64,000 nucleotides of DNA from an uncultured Candidatus Saccharibacteria bacterium. Lineage in GTDB: Bacteria; Patescibacteriota; Saccharimonadia; Saccharimonadales; 2-12-FULL-41-12. The translations under genes and the position numbers were made by a program. Every line of letters begins with the position of its first letter. Within the stretch, counting starts at the first letter, position 1. The notes below the pieces were generated by a model that had not been told where the DNA came from, did not search any database, and saw nothing but the letters and a program-made list of their open reading frames with translations. Shown here one piece after another: positions 18,281 through 27,075 of this stretch. The stretch covers positions 56,507 to 120,506 of the forward strand of contig CAZNIK010000001.1 of the NCBI GenBank assembly GCA_964573095.1, written 5' to 3'.

Positions 18281-19663
18281 TTATTGTACCTCTTTTGTAG
18301 GCGAATGTCCGTGTCGATGGGCGGTGTGCTTTTCGATAAACCAAAGCTGGACCGGTGTGCCTTCAAAGCCATACTCTTCTCTCATGCGTCGCTCCATGTG
18401 TCGTTTGTAGCTCCAATGCAGAAATTTTGTATGGGAGCCAAACACCTTGAAGCTCGGAGTTGGGTTATCGTTTTCTTGAGTAATATAGTTCAGCTTTGGC
18501 GTGCGGTTCTTTAGGCCTGCGGGTGGGTGGCGGTCGGTAACCCGGCGGAGCCAGCGATTGAGCTCGGGGGTTTTAATGCGAATGCTGCGTTGATTCATGA
18601 TGTTCAGCACAATCTCAAATATTTTTGTGACATTTTGACCGGTGACGCTACTCGTAAAAATCAACGGTGCCCAAGGCACGAAGTCATAGTTGTTCGCGAT
18701 GGTAGGCGCAATGGCATCTCGAGTATAGGGGTTTTTGTCGGTAAGACTATCCCATTTGCTCACAACAAGTGCCAGCCCCTTGCCTGCCTCCTTCACAAGT
18801 CCTGCTATCTTTTGGTCCAGCTGCACATTGAGCTCGTTTACGTCCATCAGCAATAAACAGACATCTGCCTGTTCAATAGCTGCAAGCGAACGAATTACGC
18901 TAAATTTTTCAACCCCTCTTTCTATTTTTCCCGACCGACGTATACCGGCGGTATCGAGAAGTTCAACTTCCCGACCTTGATACTTCACAATCACCCGGTT
19001 TACATCTCGAGTAGTACCGGCCCTATCTGCAACGATGGCTTGCTGTTTTTTTGCGAGGGCATTAAAAAGCGCCGATTTGCCGACGTTTGGTCGACCAAGT
19101 ATTGCAATGCGGATTCGATCGTCATCTTCAACAATGGACGCTTGTGACAGAATGCGTGATAGATACTCGAGTATGTCATCAATTCCCTTTGACTGGGTGA
19201 CAGAAGTCGGGAAAATCGGTTTGATTCCAAGCTTTTGGAGGTGATCAAAAGGCTTGCCCCTCGCTTTGTCGGCCTTGTTTCCTACAAGAAGCACCGGCTT
19301 TTTTGAGCGAAGTGCCATTTTTGCAACTCGGCGGTCTTCTTCGTTGATTTGCAAGTACGCCTCAACCATGACAATGATCACGTCTGCACCGTCGACGGCC
19401 TGGGCTATTTGTTCTTGAATAGTAAATTCAAAATCGTCTTCGGGGTTTTTCATGCCGGCGGTGTCAACAATCCAGAAGTCGCGCGGTTTGCTATCAGTAA
19501 GTTCTGCGGGAAGACTCGCCTTTGCCATAATGCTGTCCCGGGTTGTCCCGGGTTCGTCAGCAATAATCGCTTCTCTTCGCTCTAATATCGCATTGAACAA
19601 GCTTGACTTGCCAACATTCGCCCGTCCGACGATAGCCACAATTGGAACTTTATTTTTTGCCAT
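18281..19663 (-). CDS. der: Ribosome biogenesis GTPase Der (EngA)
   Basis: Two GTPase domains (GRANVGKS, GRPNVGKS, DTAG x2) plus C-terminal KH-like domain. Confidence 0.97.
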   Translation of the reverse strand: MAKNKVPIVAIVGRANVGKSSLFNAILERREAIIADEPGTTRDSIMAKASLPAELTDSKPRDFWIVDTAGMKNPEDDFEFTIQEQIAQAVDGADVIIVMVEAYLQINEEDRRVAKMALRSKKPVLLVGNKADKARGKPFDHLQKLGIKPIFPTSVTQSKGIDDILEYLSRILSQASIVEDDDRIRIAILGRPNVGKSALFNALAKKQQAIVADRAGTTRDVNRVIVKYQGREVELLDTAGIRRSGKIERGVEKFSVIRSLAAIEQADVCLLLMDVNELNVQLDQKIAGLVKEAGKGLALVVSKWDSLTDKNPYTRDAIAPTIANNYDFVPWAPLIFTSSVTGQNVTKIFEIVLNIMNQRSIRIKTPELNRWLRRVTDRHPPAGLKNRTPKLNYITQENDNPTPSFKVFGSHTKFLHWSYKRHMERRMREEYGFEGTPVQLWFIEKHTAHRHGHSPTKEVQ

Positions 19664-19715
19664 ACTACTGTAGTAATTATAGCATCAATCATTTAATCTT
19701 GCAAGATTTTACAGA

Positions 19716-20375
19716 TTAGAGGTTACGATACTGTCCACTTTTCAATGTACCGAGTGAGATGTTACTTACCTGCGTTCTGTGAAGATCGACAACTTGATAG
19801 CCGAGAGCTGAGAACGTGCGTCGAATTTGACGGTTCCTTCCCTCTGTAAGAGTGAGCTGAAGTCGCGTGCCAGAAGAATCTATTTTTTGGACCGCGAATA
19901 TGCTCGGCCCATCATCAAGCTGGACGCCTCGATTGCAAATCATTTTTTGGTCAGCTGGGTTAAGCGGCTTATCGAGCTTTACGAGATACACCTTCTGCTT
20001 TTGATAGCGGGGATGCGAAAGTCTGTTTGCGAGTTGCCCATCGTTTGTGAGCAAGAGCAGCCCCGACGTGTCTTTGTCTAGCCTACCAACCGGCTTTAGG
20101 TGCGACAGACTAGCTGGTAGCAGCTCGTAAATGGTTTTGTTGCCCTGTCGCCGTCTGCTGCACACATAGCCAGTGGGTTTGTTAAAAACAATTGTCTGAT
20201 GAGGTTTGTCGGCGTGCACTAGCTTGCCATCCAGGTGTACAATGTCGCCTTCGTGAACTATTTGCCCAAGGGAAGGTTTTGATTGGTTTACCCGTACCCG
20301 GCCTTGCTCTATGGCCGTATCCGCGGCTCTTCTGGATAAATCTGTGGCACGGGCGATAAATGTATTTAAGCGCAT
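19716..20375 (-). CDS. rRNA pseudouridine synthase, RsuA/RluB family
   Basis: S4 domain, NKPTGY, GRLDKDTSGLLLLTNDG, EGRNRQIRR. Confidence 0.94.
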   Translation of the reverse strand: MRLNTFIARATDLSRRAADTAIEQGRVRVNQSKPSLGQIVHEGDIVHLDGKLVHADKPHQTIVFNKPTGYVCSRRRQGNKTIYELLPASLSHLKPVGRLDKDTSGLLLLTNDGQLANRLSHPRYQKQKVYLVKLDKPLNPADQKMICNRGVQLDDGPSIFAVQKIDSSGTRLQLTLTEGRNRQIRRTFSALGYQVVDLHRTQVSNISLGTLKSGQYRNL

Positions 20376-20412
20376 CGGTTCTTGTGTGGTGTTGGACTAA
20401 TTCGCGGTAGTT

Positions 20413-21663
20413 CTACAGTGCTATTTTGCTGTGATCGTCGACTGGAGCCTCCGGTGGCGGGGTGTTGCTTGGTTCGACAACGGTTTGCGTTGCTGGGTCG
20501 ACGACGTTGCCGACTCCCGCTTCTGCCTCTGCCATTGCCTTAAGGTCGGGAGTCTTGGTAAGGTCGTTGATTGGTTCGATGACTTTCTTTTTTGGAGAAT
20601 CGTCGAGGGGGTTTTCTGGTTTGTGGGGTTCGGCTTGGGTAGGTGGTGTGGGGCCCTCCTCTTTTACTGGGGGTGGTGTCTGGGTTGGGCTCACGACACC
20701 AAGACTTTCAGCTCCGTTAATAATGCTTGGGTTTGGGGTTGCTTGCTTTGGTTCTTCCTCTGTGTTTGTGGCTTTGGCTTCTGCAACTTCCTCTTGTTGA
20801 AGTGCCTCGGCGAGACTTGGGCCGACGACACTAACGGGCTTGGGATTTTCTGTTGCTACCGGCGCGGCAGGTGGTGGTGTCGTTTCTTCGCTCGGTGGAG
20901 TTGGTAATTCAACTTTGATTGCCGGTTCGGTTGCTTCAACGGGTGGAGCGGGTGTGGGGGTCGCCGGTGCAGCCGGAGCTGTTGCAGCTACTGACTGAGT
21001 TTCTTCGGCGCTGACGGGTTGTGCGGGCGGAGTCTCAATATTCGGTGCTGTGCCAACTGGTGGGTCAAGCTCAACCGGTGTTGTTGTTGGTTCTGCGCCG
21101 ACAGCTTCTTTGGTTTTTGGCTCGGTCACTGCTTGGGCTTGGTCTTGCTGTGGGGCTGTGTTTTCGGTCGTTGCCACTACGGGATTGGTAGGGTTGACTT
21201 GCTCTGTAGTCGCTGCAGCTTGGGGTGTCGCCGGTTCAGTTGTTGGATCGACGGTGGTAGCTCCATCGACTCCAGTAATTGGGGCGTCACCAGAATTGTC
21301 TTGCAGGACATCTTTTACAGCTTTTGCGACATCTTCGAGTGTAACCTGTGATTTTACAAGGTAACGATCGGCGCCGAGTTTATCAGCCCGTGCTTTATCT
21401 TCTGCCTGGGAAAGAGCCGTCATCATAATTACTTTGGTGTTTTTTGTTTCTGGCGCGTTTCTAAGGATGTCAAGCATATCAAAGCCGCTAATTCTTGGCA
21501 TCATCACGTCAGAAATGATGAGATCTGGCTTTTCTTTTACGGCAAGCGCCAAGGCTTCTTCTCCGTCTTTGGCGGCTACAATAGTGTGCCCTTCAGCAAG
21601 CAAGCGGGCGCCATAAATTTCCCGAAGGTTGTTGTCGTCCTCAACGAGCATTATTTTGGCCAT
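20413..21663 (-). CDS. Response regulator receiver with long Pro/Thr/Glu-rich tail
   Basis: VEDD, SDVMMP, MTAL, YLVK then ~290 aa low-complexity sequence. Confidence 0.9.
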   Translation of the reverse strand: MAKIMLVEDDNNLREIYGARLLAEGHTIVAAKDGEEALALAVKEKPDLIISDVMMPRISGFDMLDILRNAPETKNTKVIMMTALSQAEDKARADKLGADRYLVKSQVTLEDVAKAVKDVLQDNSGDAPITGVDGATTVDPTTEPATPQAAATTEQVNPTNPVVATTENTAPQQDQAQAVTEPKTKEAVGAEPTTTPVELDPPVGTAPNIETPPAQPVSAEETQSVAATAPAAPATPTPAPPVEATEPAIKVELPTPPSEETTPPPAAPVATENPKPVSVVGPSLAEALQQEEVAEAKATNTEEEPKQATPNPSIINGAESLGVVSPTQTPPPVKEEGPTPPTQAEPHKPENPLDDSPKKKVIEPINDLTKTPDLKAMAEAEAGVGNVVDPATQTVVEPSNTPPPEAPVDDHSKIAL

Positions 21664-21735
21664 ATTGTATACCTATCCCCTGTTTCTCGTATTCATTTTA
21701 TAACGAAAGTATATCACGTTTATGCTTCGTTCTTA

Positions 21736-23070
21736 CTAGATCAAGCTCGATGCTTGCTTTTCTTTCATTTGAAGTGTTTGGGCGCGTTGTGAAGTAAGTC
21801 TGGGGAGGTTAATAAAAAAAGTGCTGCCTTTGCCCAGCTCGCTTTCGGCCCAGATTGTGCCGTTATAGAGTTCGACGATCTTTCGACAGATAAACAGGCC
21901 AAGGCCCGTTCCGCCGATGGATCTTGTGGCTGAGTTGTCAACTCGGTAGAACTTTTGAAATAAATGAGGTATATCACTCTCTGGTATACCCGCACCCGTA
22001 TCTCTAATGCTGATTTGGACCACTGTGTCATTGCCCGTGATTCCGAGCGATACTTTCCCGCTATCAGTGTATTTTGTTGCGTTATCAAAAAGATTTGTAA
22101 TTACCTCTCTCATGCGGTCGGGGTCAACCAACACGAAATACAGTGGTTGAATCGTTTTGCCTTTGATGCTCGCATCGATAACGCTGTTGTCTCCCATGGG
22201 GTTGGAGTTTGTAACAAATTCTATGCCTAAACCTTTCTTTTCTGCGCCAAATCGCAAGTCTTCAGCAAGCTGCTCAACAAAGCTCCCCATTTCAGTTACG
22301 ACTGGATGACTTGTAAGCCGCCCGTCCTCTGCTTTTGCGCTCGTCAGAAGATCCTGGAACAGTTTGCCAAGATGCTGAGTGCTCGCGTGAGCTTTTTCCA
22401 AATATTCGCGGGCTCGGGCATCGATATTGCTCACTTTGTCATTGAGCGCCAACGCCAGGTAGCCTTCAATTGCGGCAACTGGTGTTCTCATTTCATGGCT
22501 CGCGGTGCTGATAAACTCTGCCCGTTGCTCTTCTTCGGAGCGTTCCTTACTTACGTCGCGAAACACTGCAATCGAACCTACTAATTCGTTATTTTTTGGG
22601 GCAACGACTGGCGAAATAACCAGCGAGATAAAGACGTGCTTATTTGCCCGATCTACGAGCGGAACTGTTTGGCTAAAACGCCCCCTGGTCGTAAGTACTG
22701 TTGTAAAAGGATGATCATTGTCTGAAACGGTAATATTATTTTTCTCATCGCTCAAAATACGAAGCACTGTCTTTGCATCAAAGCCCAGGGCTTCATCTAT
22801 TGGCCAGCCGGTCATTTCAGAGGCAGCTTTATTAAACAGGGTGATGGTTCCCTTCATGTCGGTCACGATCACACCGTCGCTTAGTGACTCTATGAGCGTC
22901 TCGGATTGGAGATCCTTGCTTTTGGCAACGTTTTTTACTAGTGTTTTATCGCTCGCCTTGCCTTCGCCCTTTTTTAGACCTCGCACAACCAACAGCACGC
23001 GAACTGATGCTGTAATTATTATCGCAACAATAACAATAGTGATAATGACTGTCAGCATCACCGAACCCAA
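21736..23070 (-). CDS. PAS-domain sensor histidine kinase
   Basis: TM, PAS, ASHEMRTP, NLFDNATKY, DTGAGI, GTGLGL. Confidence 0.95.
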   Translation of the reverse strand: MGSVMLTVIITIVIVAIIITASVRVLLVVRGLKKGEGKASDKTLVKNVAKSKDLQSETLIESLSDGVIVTDMKGTITLFNKAASEMTGWPIDEALGFDAKTVLRILSDEKNNITVSDNDHPFTTVLTTRGRFSQTVPLVDRANKHVFISLVISPVVAPKNNELVGSIAVFRDVSKERSEEEQRAEFISTASHEMRTPVAAIEGYLALALNDKVSNIDARAREYLEKAHASTQHLGKLFQDLLTSAKAEDGRLTSHPVVTEMGSFVEQLAEDLRFGAEKKGLGIEFVTNSNPMGDNSVIDASIKGKTIQPLYFVLVDPDRMREVITNLFDNATKYTDSGKVSLGITGNDTVVQISIRDTGAGIPESDIPHLFQKFYRVDNSATRSIGGTGLGLFICRKIVELYNGTIWAESELGKGSTFFINLPRLTSQRAQTLQMKEKQASSLI

Positions 23071-23152
23071 GTACTGCTTTGATTGAGCTTATGCATATGC
23101 AGTGGATTATAGGCCATCCAGGGGTCGATCAGCTAGTGCTTTTCGTCCTGCG

Positions 23153-23181
23153 TGGACATTCTACCTCTGTTATGCTAGACT
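23153..23181 (+). promoter_or_regulatory. Probable promoter for the tRNA-Glu precursor
   Basis: TGGACA-17 nt-TAGACT with TG-C extension. Confidence 0.55.
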
Positions 23182-23213
23182 CTCATATGCATTCCTCGTT
23201 CACGGTCTGCCAA

Positions 23214-23330
23214 ACGGCCTCATCGTCTAACGTGAGAACTGCCAGTGGCAGTTTGCAAGGCCGCAGGTGCGGCGGCACCGAGGAGGGCCCGACGGATTTT
23301 TTAGCAAAAAAATACCGGTGAGTCGATTCC
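23214..23330 (+). mobile_element. tRNA-Glu 5' fragment joined to a ~90-nt hairpin element (copy 1) and the T-loop sequence
   Basis: 19-nt identity 23214-23232 with 23359-23377; element GTGAG...GGTGAG 23232-23322; then TCGATTCC. Confidence 0.6.
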
Positions 23331-23360
23331 AATCGAACCTTAAATAAGCGCAACATTCAC

Positions 23361-23435
23361 GGCCTCATCGTCTAACGGTTAGGACACCAGGTTCTCATCC
23401 TGGCAATCGGGGTTCGATTCCCCGTGAGGTCACCA
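23361..23435 (+). tRNA. tRNA-Glu (CTC)
   Basis: Cloverleaf GGCCTCA/TGAGGTC, anticodon arm CCAGG-TTCTCAT-CCTGG, GGTTCGATTC, encoded CCA. Confidence 0.97.
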
Positions 23436-23472
23436 CGAAAAATAGCTCAGCAGATGCTGGGCTTTTTTCGTG
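23434..23472 (+). terminator. Hairpin/terminator after tRNA-Glu
   Basis: CACGAAAAA-AGCTCAGCA/TGCTGGGCT-TTTTTCGTG. Confidence 0.65.
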
Positions 23473-23498
23473 TTCAACGAGGATTGTGCACCGATTGC

Positions 23499-23616
23499 GG
23501 CAATCGGGTGAGCAGTGCCGGTGGCACTGTGCAAGGGAGTCAACTCTTGTAAACTGGTTTGCAAAGACGTTGCGACGGGCTCGCCGAAGGTGAGTCGATT
23601 CCCCGTGAGGTCACCA
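23499..23616 (+). mobile_element. tRNA-Glu 3' fragment interrupted in the T-arm by a ~87-nt hairpin element (copy 2)
   Basis: GGCAATCGGG + element 23508-23594 + 22-nt perfect copy of the tRNA 3' end (23595-23616 = 23414-23435). Confidence 0.7.
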
Positions 23617-23671
23617 AAGTAGAAATGTTTACTTATACACGTGAAGTTGTTATGAGTTACAATATTAGAAT

Positions 23672-24886
23672 ATGGCAAATAAAAGTCTAGGTGCAGCAAA
23701 GAATGCAAAAAACGATGAGTTTTATACGCAGTTTTCTGATATCCAAAAAGAAATTGAAGCATACCTAGAATTCGATCCAGACACCTTTCGTGGGAAGGTG
23801 GTGTATTCCAATTGCGATGACCCCTTTGAAAGTAATTTCTTTCGTTACTTTGCACTTAATTTTAACCGTTTGGGCTTAAAAAAACTGATTGCCACAAGCT
23901 ATAAACCGTCACCTATTGCAAACACGCAACTTGGATTATTTGGTGACGATATTACAATTCAGTCTGAAAAAGGCAGGCCAAATGTAACAGCAAATAAGTT
24001 CATTATTAATGAAGTGCATGATATGGATGGAGACGGTGCTTTCAACATCTCGGACATTGCTAAACAACTTAAGGCTAATAAAAATAACGAATGGGGGCCG
24101 CTCAAAGGTGATGGTGATTTTCGTAGTGAAGAATGCTTAGAGCTTCTAGAACAGTCTGACATCGTGGTTACGAATCCTCCATTTAGTCTTTTTCGTGAAT
24201 ACGTAGCACAGCTCATGGAGCACAAAAAGAAATTTTTAATTATAGGAAACATGAATGCAGTTACTTATAAGGAAATTTTTCCTTTGATCAAAGCCAATAA
24301 AATATGGTTGGGAGTGACGCGACAAGGCACTGGATCAATGTGGTTTCAGGTAAGCCAAAACATGCCAGAGAAAACAGGTCAAAGAGTGGATCAAAACGGC
24401 ATACGATACCAAACAATCGGCAATTCGGCGTGGTTTACTAACCTTGATCACGGGCGACGTCATGAAAAACTATCTTTAATGACGACTGATGATGTTGTCA
24501 AGTTTGGAACAAAAAAAGACCTCGTTAAATATGACAATTACGACGCAATTGAAATATCCCTTGTAAAGTATATCCCGAAGGATTACAGGGGCGTAATGGG
24601 TGTACCGATTACTTTTCTAGGAAAGTATAATCCCGAACAATTTGAAATTCTCGGTGCTACACAAAGAGGTTGCCATGATGAGGTTCCTGATACCAGAAAA
24701 TATGATGACTATTGGGAAGTAAGACAAGATGGCACGAATACTGGATCATCTGGCGGCAAAACTAACGAAAACGCAAATCTAGTTGGTAATGATGGTAAGA
24801 AAAACTACTTTATTAACAAGGATGGGCGGATTGTACAATCTGCATATCAACGAGTATTTATTAGACACAGGAAGGAAGCGACATGA
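23672..24886 (+). CDS. Adenine-specific DNA methyltransferase, EcoRI family
   Basis: [44 protein letters not shown]. Confidence 0.92.
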   Translation: MANKSLGAAKNAKNDEFYTQFSDIQKEIEAYLEFDPDTFRGKVVYSNCDDPFESNFFRYFALNFNRLGLKKLIATSYKPSPIANTQLGLFGDDITIQSEKGRPNVTANKFIINEVHDMDGDGAFNISDIAKQLKANKNNEWGPLKGDGDFRSEECLELLEQSDIVVTNPPFSLFREYVAQLMEHKKKFLIIGNMNAVTYKEIFPLIKANKIWLGVTRQGTGSMWFQVSQNMPEKTGQRVDQNGIRYQTIGNSAWFTNLDHGRRHEKLSLMTTDDVVKFGTKKDLVKYDNYDAIEISLVKYIPKDYRGVMGVPITFLGKYNPEQFEILGATQRGCHDEVPDTRKYDDYWEVRQDGTNTGSSGGKTNENANLVGNDGKKNYFINKDGRIVQSAYQRVFIRHRKEAT

Positions 24887-26046
24887 TAACCACACTAAAA
24901 ACAGATATTATAATACGAGAAATCGTTGAAGGATTTGAATACAACGAACTTGAAGGCAAAGGTCTATTTGGTCTTTCAGGTAAGCTAACCATCCAGCCTG
25001 AATATCAAAGAAATTATATTTATGCTGATGGCAAAAAAGACGTTGCAGTAATAGAAAGTATTTTGAAAGGCTATCCTATTGGTGTTCTATACTTCAACAA
25101 GATAGATGATGATAAATACGAAGTACTAGACGGCCAACAGCGAATAACAAGTATCGGGCGTTTTATTAAAGGTAAATTTGCAGTTAAAGACGTAAATGGC
25201 CACGAACAATACTATAGTGGCATGTCAGAAGAACAGCGTAAGTTGATCCTAGATAAAGAACTACTTATATACATTTGCGAAGGTGAAGAACAGGAAATGA
25301 TGAAGTGGTTTGAAACCATTAACATCGCTGGCGTACCTTTGAAATTGCAAGAAATAAGAAATGCCGTTTACCACGGACCTTTCGTTAATAAAGCAAAAGA
25401 GATTTTCAGCAACAGTCAGGATGCCAATGTTCAAAAATGGAGCACCTATATTGCGGGTGAAGTTAAGCGTCAGGACTTTCTCGAAACAGCATTAGATTGG
25501 GTAAGTAACGGCAATATAGAAGCCTACATGAGCAATCACCGCAATGATGACAATATCGATGAACTTAAAACCCACTTCGACAAAGTTATAGATTGGGTCT
25601 CTTATACATTCACGGACGTACATAGTGAAATGCGAGGGCTTGAATGGGATCGTCTCTATAAAGAATATGGCTCTAGTTCATACGATCCTAAAAAAATCGC
25701 AAGCAAAGTTAAAGAACTTTATACAAGCTATGAAGTGCGTAGGAAGAAAGGTATTTTCGAGTACATTCTTAGCGGTATGGATGATCCGTCTTTGCTCGAG
25801 ATACGGATATTTGAACCTTCAACTATCAAGACAGCCTATGCACAACAAACGGCTAAAGCTGAAGAAGAAGGAGTGTCGAACTGTCCTATTTGTGCTTCAG
25901 GAAGCAACAACAATAAAGACCGAATTTATAAATTATCGGAAATGGATGCGGATCATGTAACTGCATGGAGTAATGGCGGTGTGACCGACATAAGTAACTG
26001 CGAGATGCTGTGCAGTACTCATAATCGCGCAAAAGGCAATAGATAG
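24883..26046 (+). CDS. DUF262 (GmrS/ParB-like) plus C-terminal HNH endonuclease
   Basis: PEYQRNY, LDGQQR, FETIN; CPIC...DADHV...GG...[10 protein letters not shown]; ATGA overlap with the MTase. Confidence 0.9.
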   Translation: MITTLKTDIIIREIVEGFEYNELEGKGLFGLSGKLTIQPEYQRNYIYADGKKDVAVIESILKGYPIGVLYFNKIDDDKYEVLDGQQRITSIGRFIKGKFAVKDVNGHEQYYSGMSEEQRKLILDKELLIYICEGEEQEMMKWFETINIAGVPLKLQEIRNAVYHGPFVNKAKEIFSNSQDANVQKWSTYIAGEVKRQDFLETALDWVSNGNIEAYMSNHRNDDNIDELKTHFDKVIDWVSYTFTDVHSEMRGLEWDRLYKEYGSSSYDPKKIASKVKELYTSYEVRRKKGIFEYILSGMDDPSLLEIRIFEPSTIKTAYAQQTAKAEEEGVSNCPICASGSNNNKDRIYKLSEMDADHVTAWSNGGVTDISNCEMLCSTHNRAKGNR

Positions 26047-26062
26047 AAGATAGCTCTAAATC

Positions 26063-26923
26063 ATGAATTTAAAGAAAATATATAATAGCACCACCACCCT
26101 GGAAGAATGGCTCTCATATAAAGGTTCCACTGAAGATGGCGAGAGTTCTTATTTTGAGAACAAGGAAGTTGGCATTGATTTGAACACGACAACTCCAAGC
26201 ACAGTTGGCGACTTCAAGCTTCGCATCGCAAAAGAAATGTCTGCATTTGCTAATACTGATTCAGGGATTATAGCACTCGGAATTGATAGCAAGCTGCAAG
26301 TTAATAATCTGACTGCTCGTCTAGAGGATTGGCTCGATAAAAATATTCGAGATATGCTGGAGCCGCAACTATCAGGTATCGCTCTTAAAACATGCACAGA
26401 TTCTGCTGGCAACGAGTTTGTCTTGATGTATGTGCCCAAGGGCAATGTTATTCCGTACAGGGCGAGTTCCGTGAAAAGCTGTGAAAAAGAAAAAAAGAAT
26501 TTGCGGGAATATTTCCAGAGAACTGGTACCAATAGCGTACCCATACCTATGCCCATAGTTCGGAGCCTGTATCTATCAAATGAACGCGCAACAGACGTGT
26601 CAGCTCGCGTAAAGCCAGTCGCAGTCCATCTAGGTGATGAGGAGGAGCAGCCATATATCGAGTTGGGTATAGAAATTAAGCCCGACCAGACGCGCCTTAT
26701 TAACGAATACTACCTCAAAGCAAGTGTTCTTCTCCTTGATGTAAACTTGAAGCCTCTGAATAAGGTAGCGATTGACCTCGTACCATTTGGACCAAATAGT
26801 CCACAACGACCTATAATTCCACCCGATAGCATTTATCCTATGAATGAATTCGGTACGGTAAGCGTAACAAGGATGAATATTAACTTTTCGGATAAGTCGA
26901 GTGATTATCACTCGGGGTATTGA
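26063..26923 (+). CDS. AlbA_2/Schlafen-domain protein
   Basis: ESSYFENKE, KEMSAFANTDSGIIALGI, YFQRTG. Confidence 0.8.
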   Translation: MNLKKIYNSTTTLEEWLSYKGSTEDGESSYFENKEVGIDLNTTTPSTVGDFKLRIAKEMSAFANTDSGIIALGIDSKLQVNNLTARLEDWLDKNIRDMLEPQLSGIALKTCTDSAGNEFVLMYVPKGNVIPYRASSVKSCEKEKKNLREYFQRTGTNSVPIPMPIVRSLYLSNERATDVSARVKPVAVHLGDEEEQPYIELGIEIKPDQTRLINEYYLKASVLLLDVNLKPLNKVAIDLVPFGPNSPQRPIIPPDSIYPMNEFGTVSVTRMNINFSDKSSDYHSGY

Positions 26924-27075
26924 TAATACTAACAAAATCGGTGCCCAAGCCAGTTATTATAATATATTTATAAGGTTTGGACGATTTATCGCAACTACCT
27001 CATTATTTTAAGCAATAATACCCCAAAGCGAATATGCTTTTCTCTTTCTTATTTGTTTTCCTCCACCTATAATGA

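Noticed and set aside
23232-23594. Group I or II introns in tRNA-Glu
   Set aside because: The inserts are only ~90 nt, lack catalytic core motifs, and their removal does not restore a complete tRNA
23079-23855. ORFs 23079-23321 and 23430-23855
   Set aside because: They run through the tRNA fragments, hairpin elements or antisense to the MTase; not credible proteins
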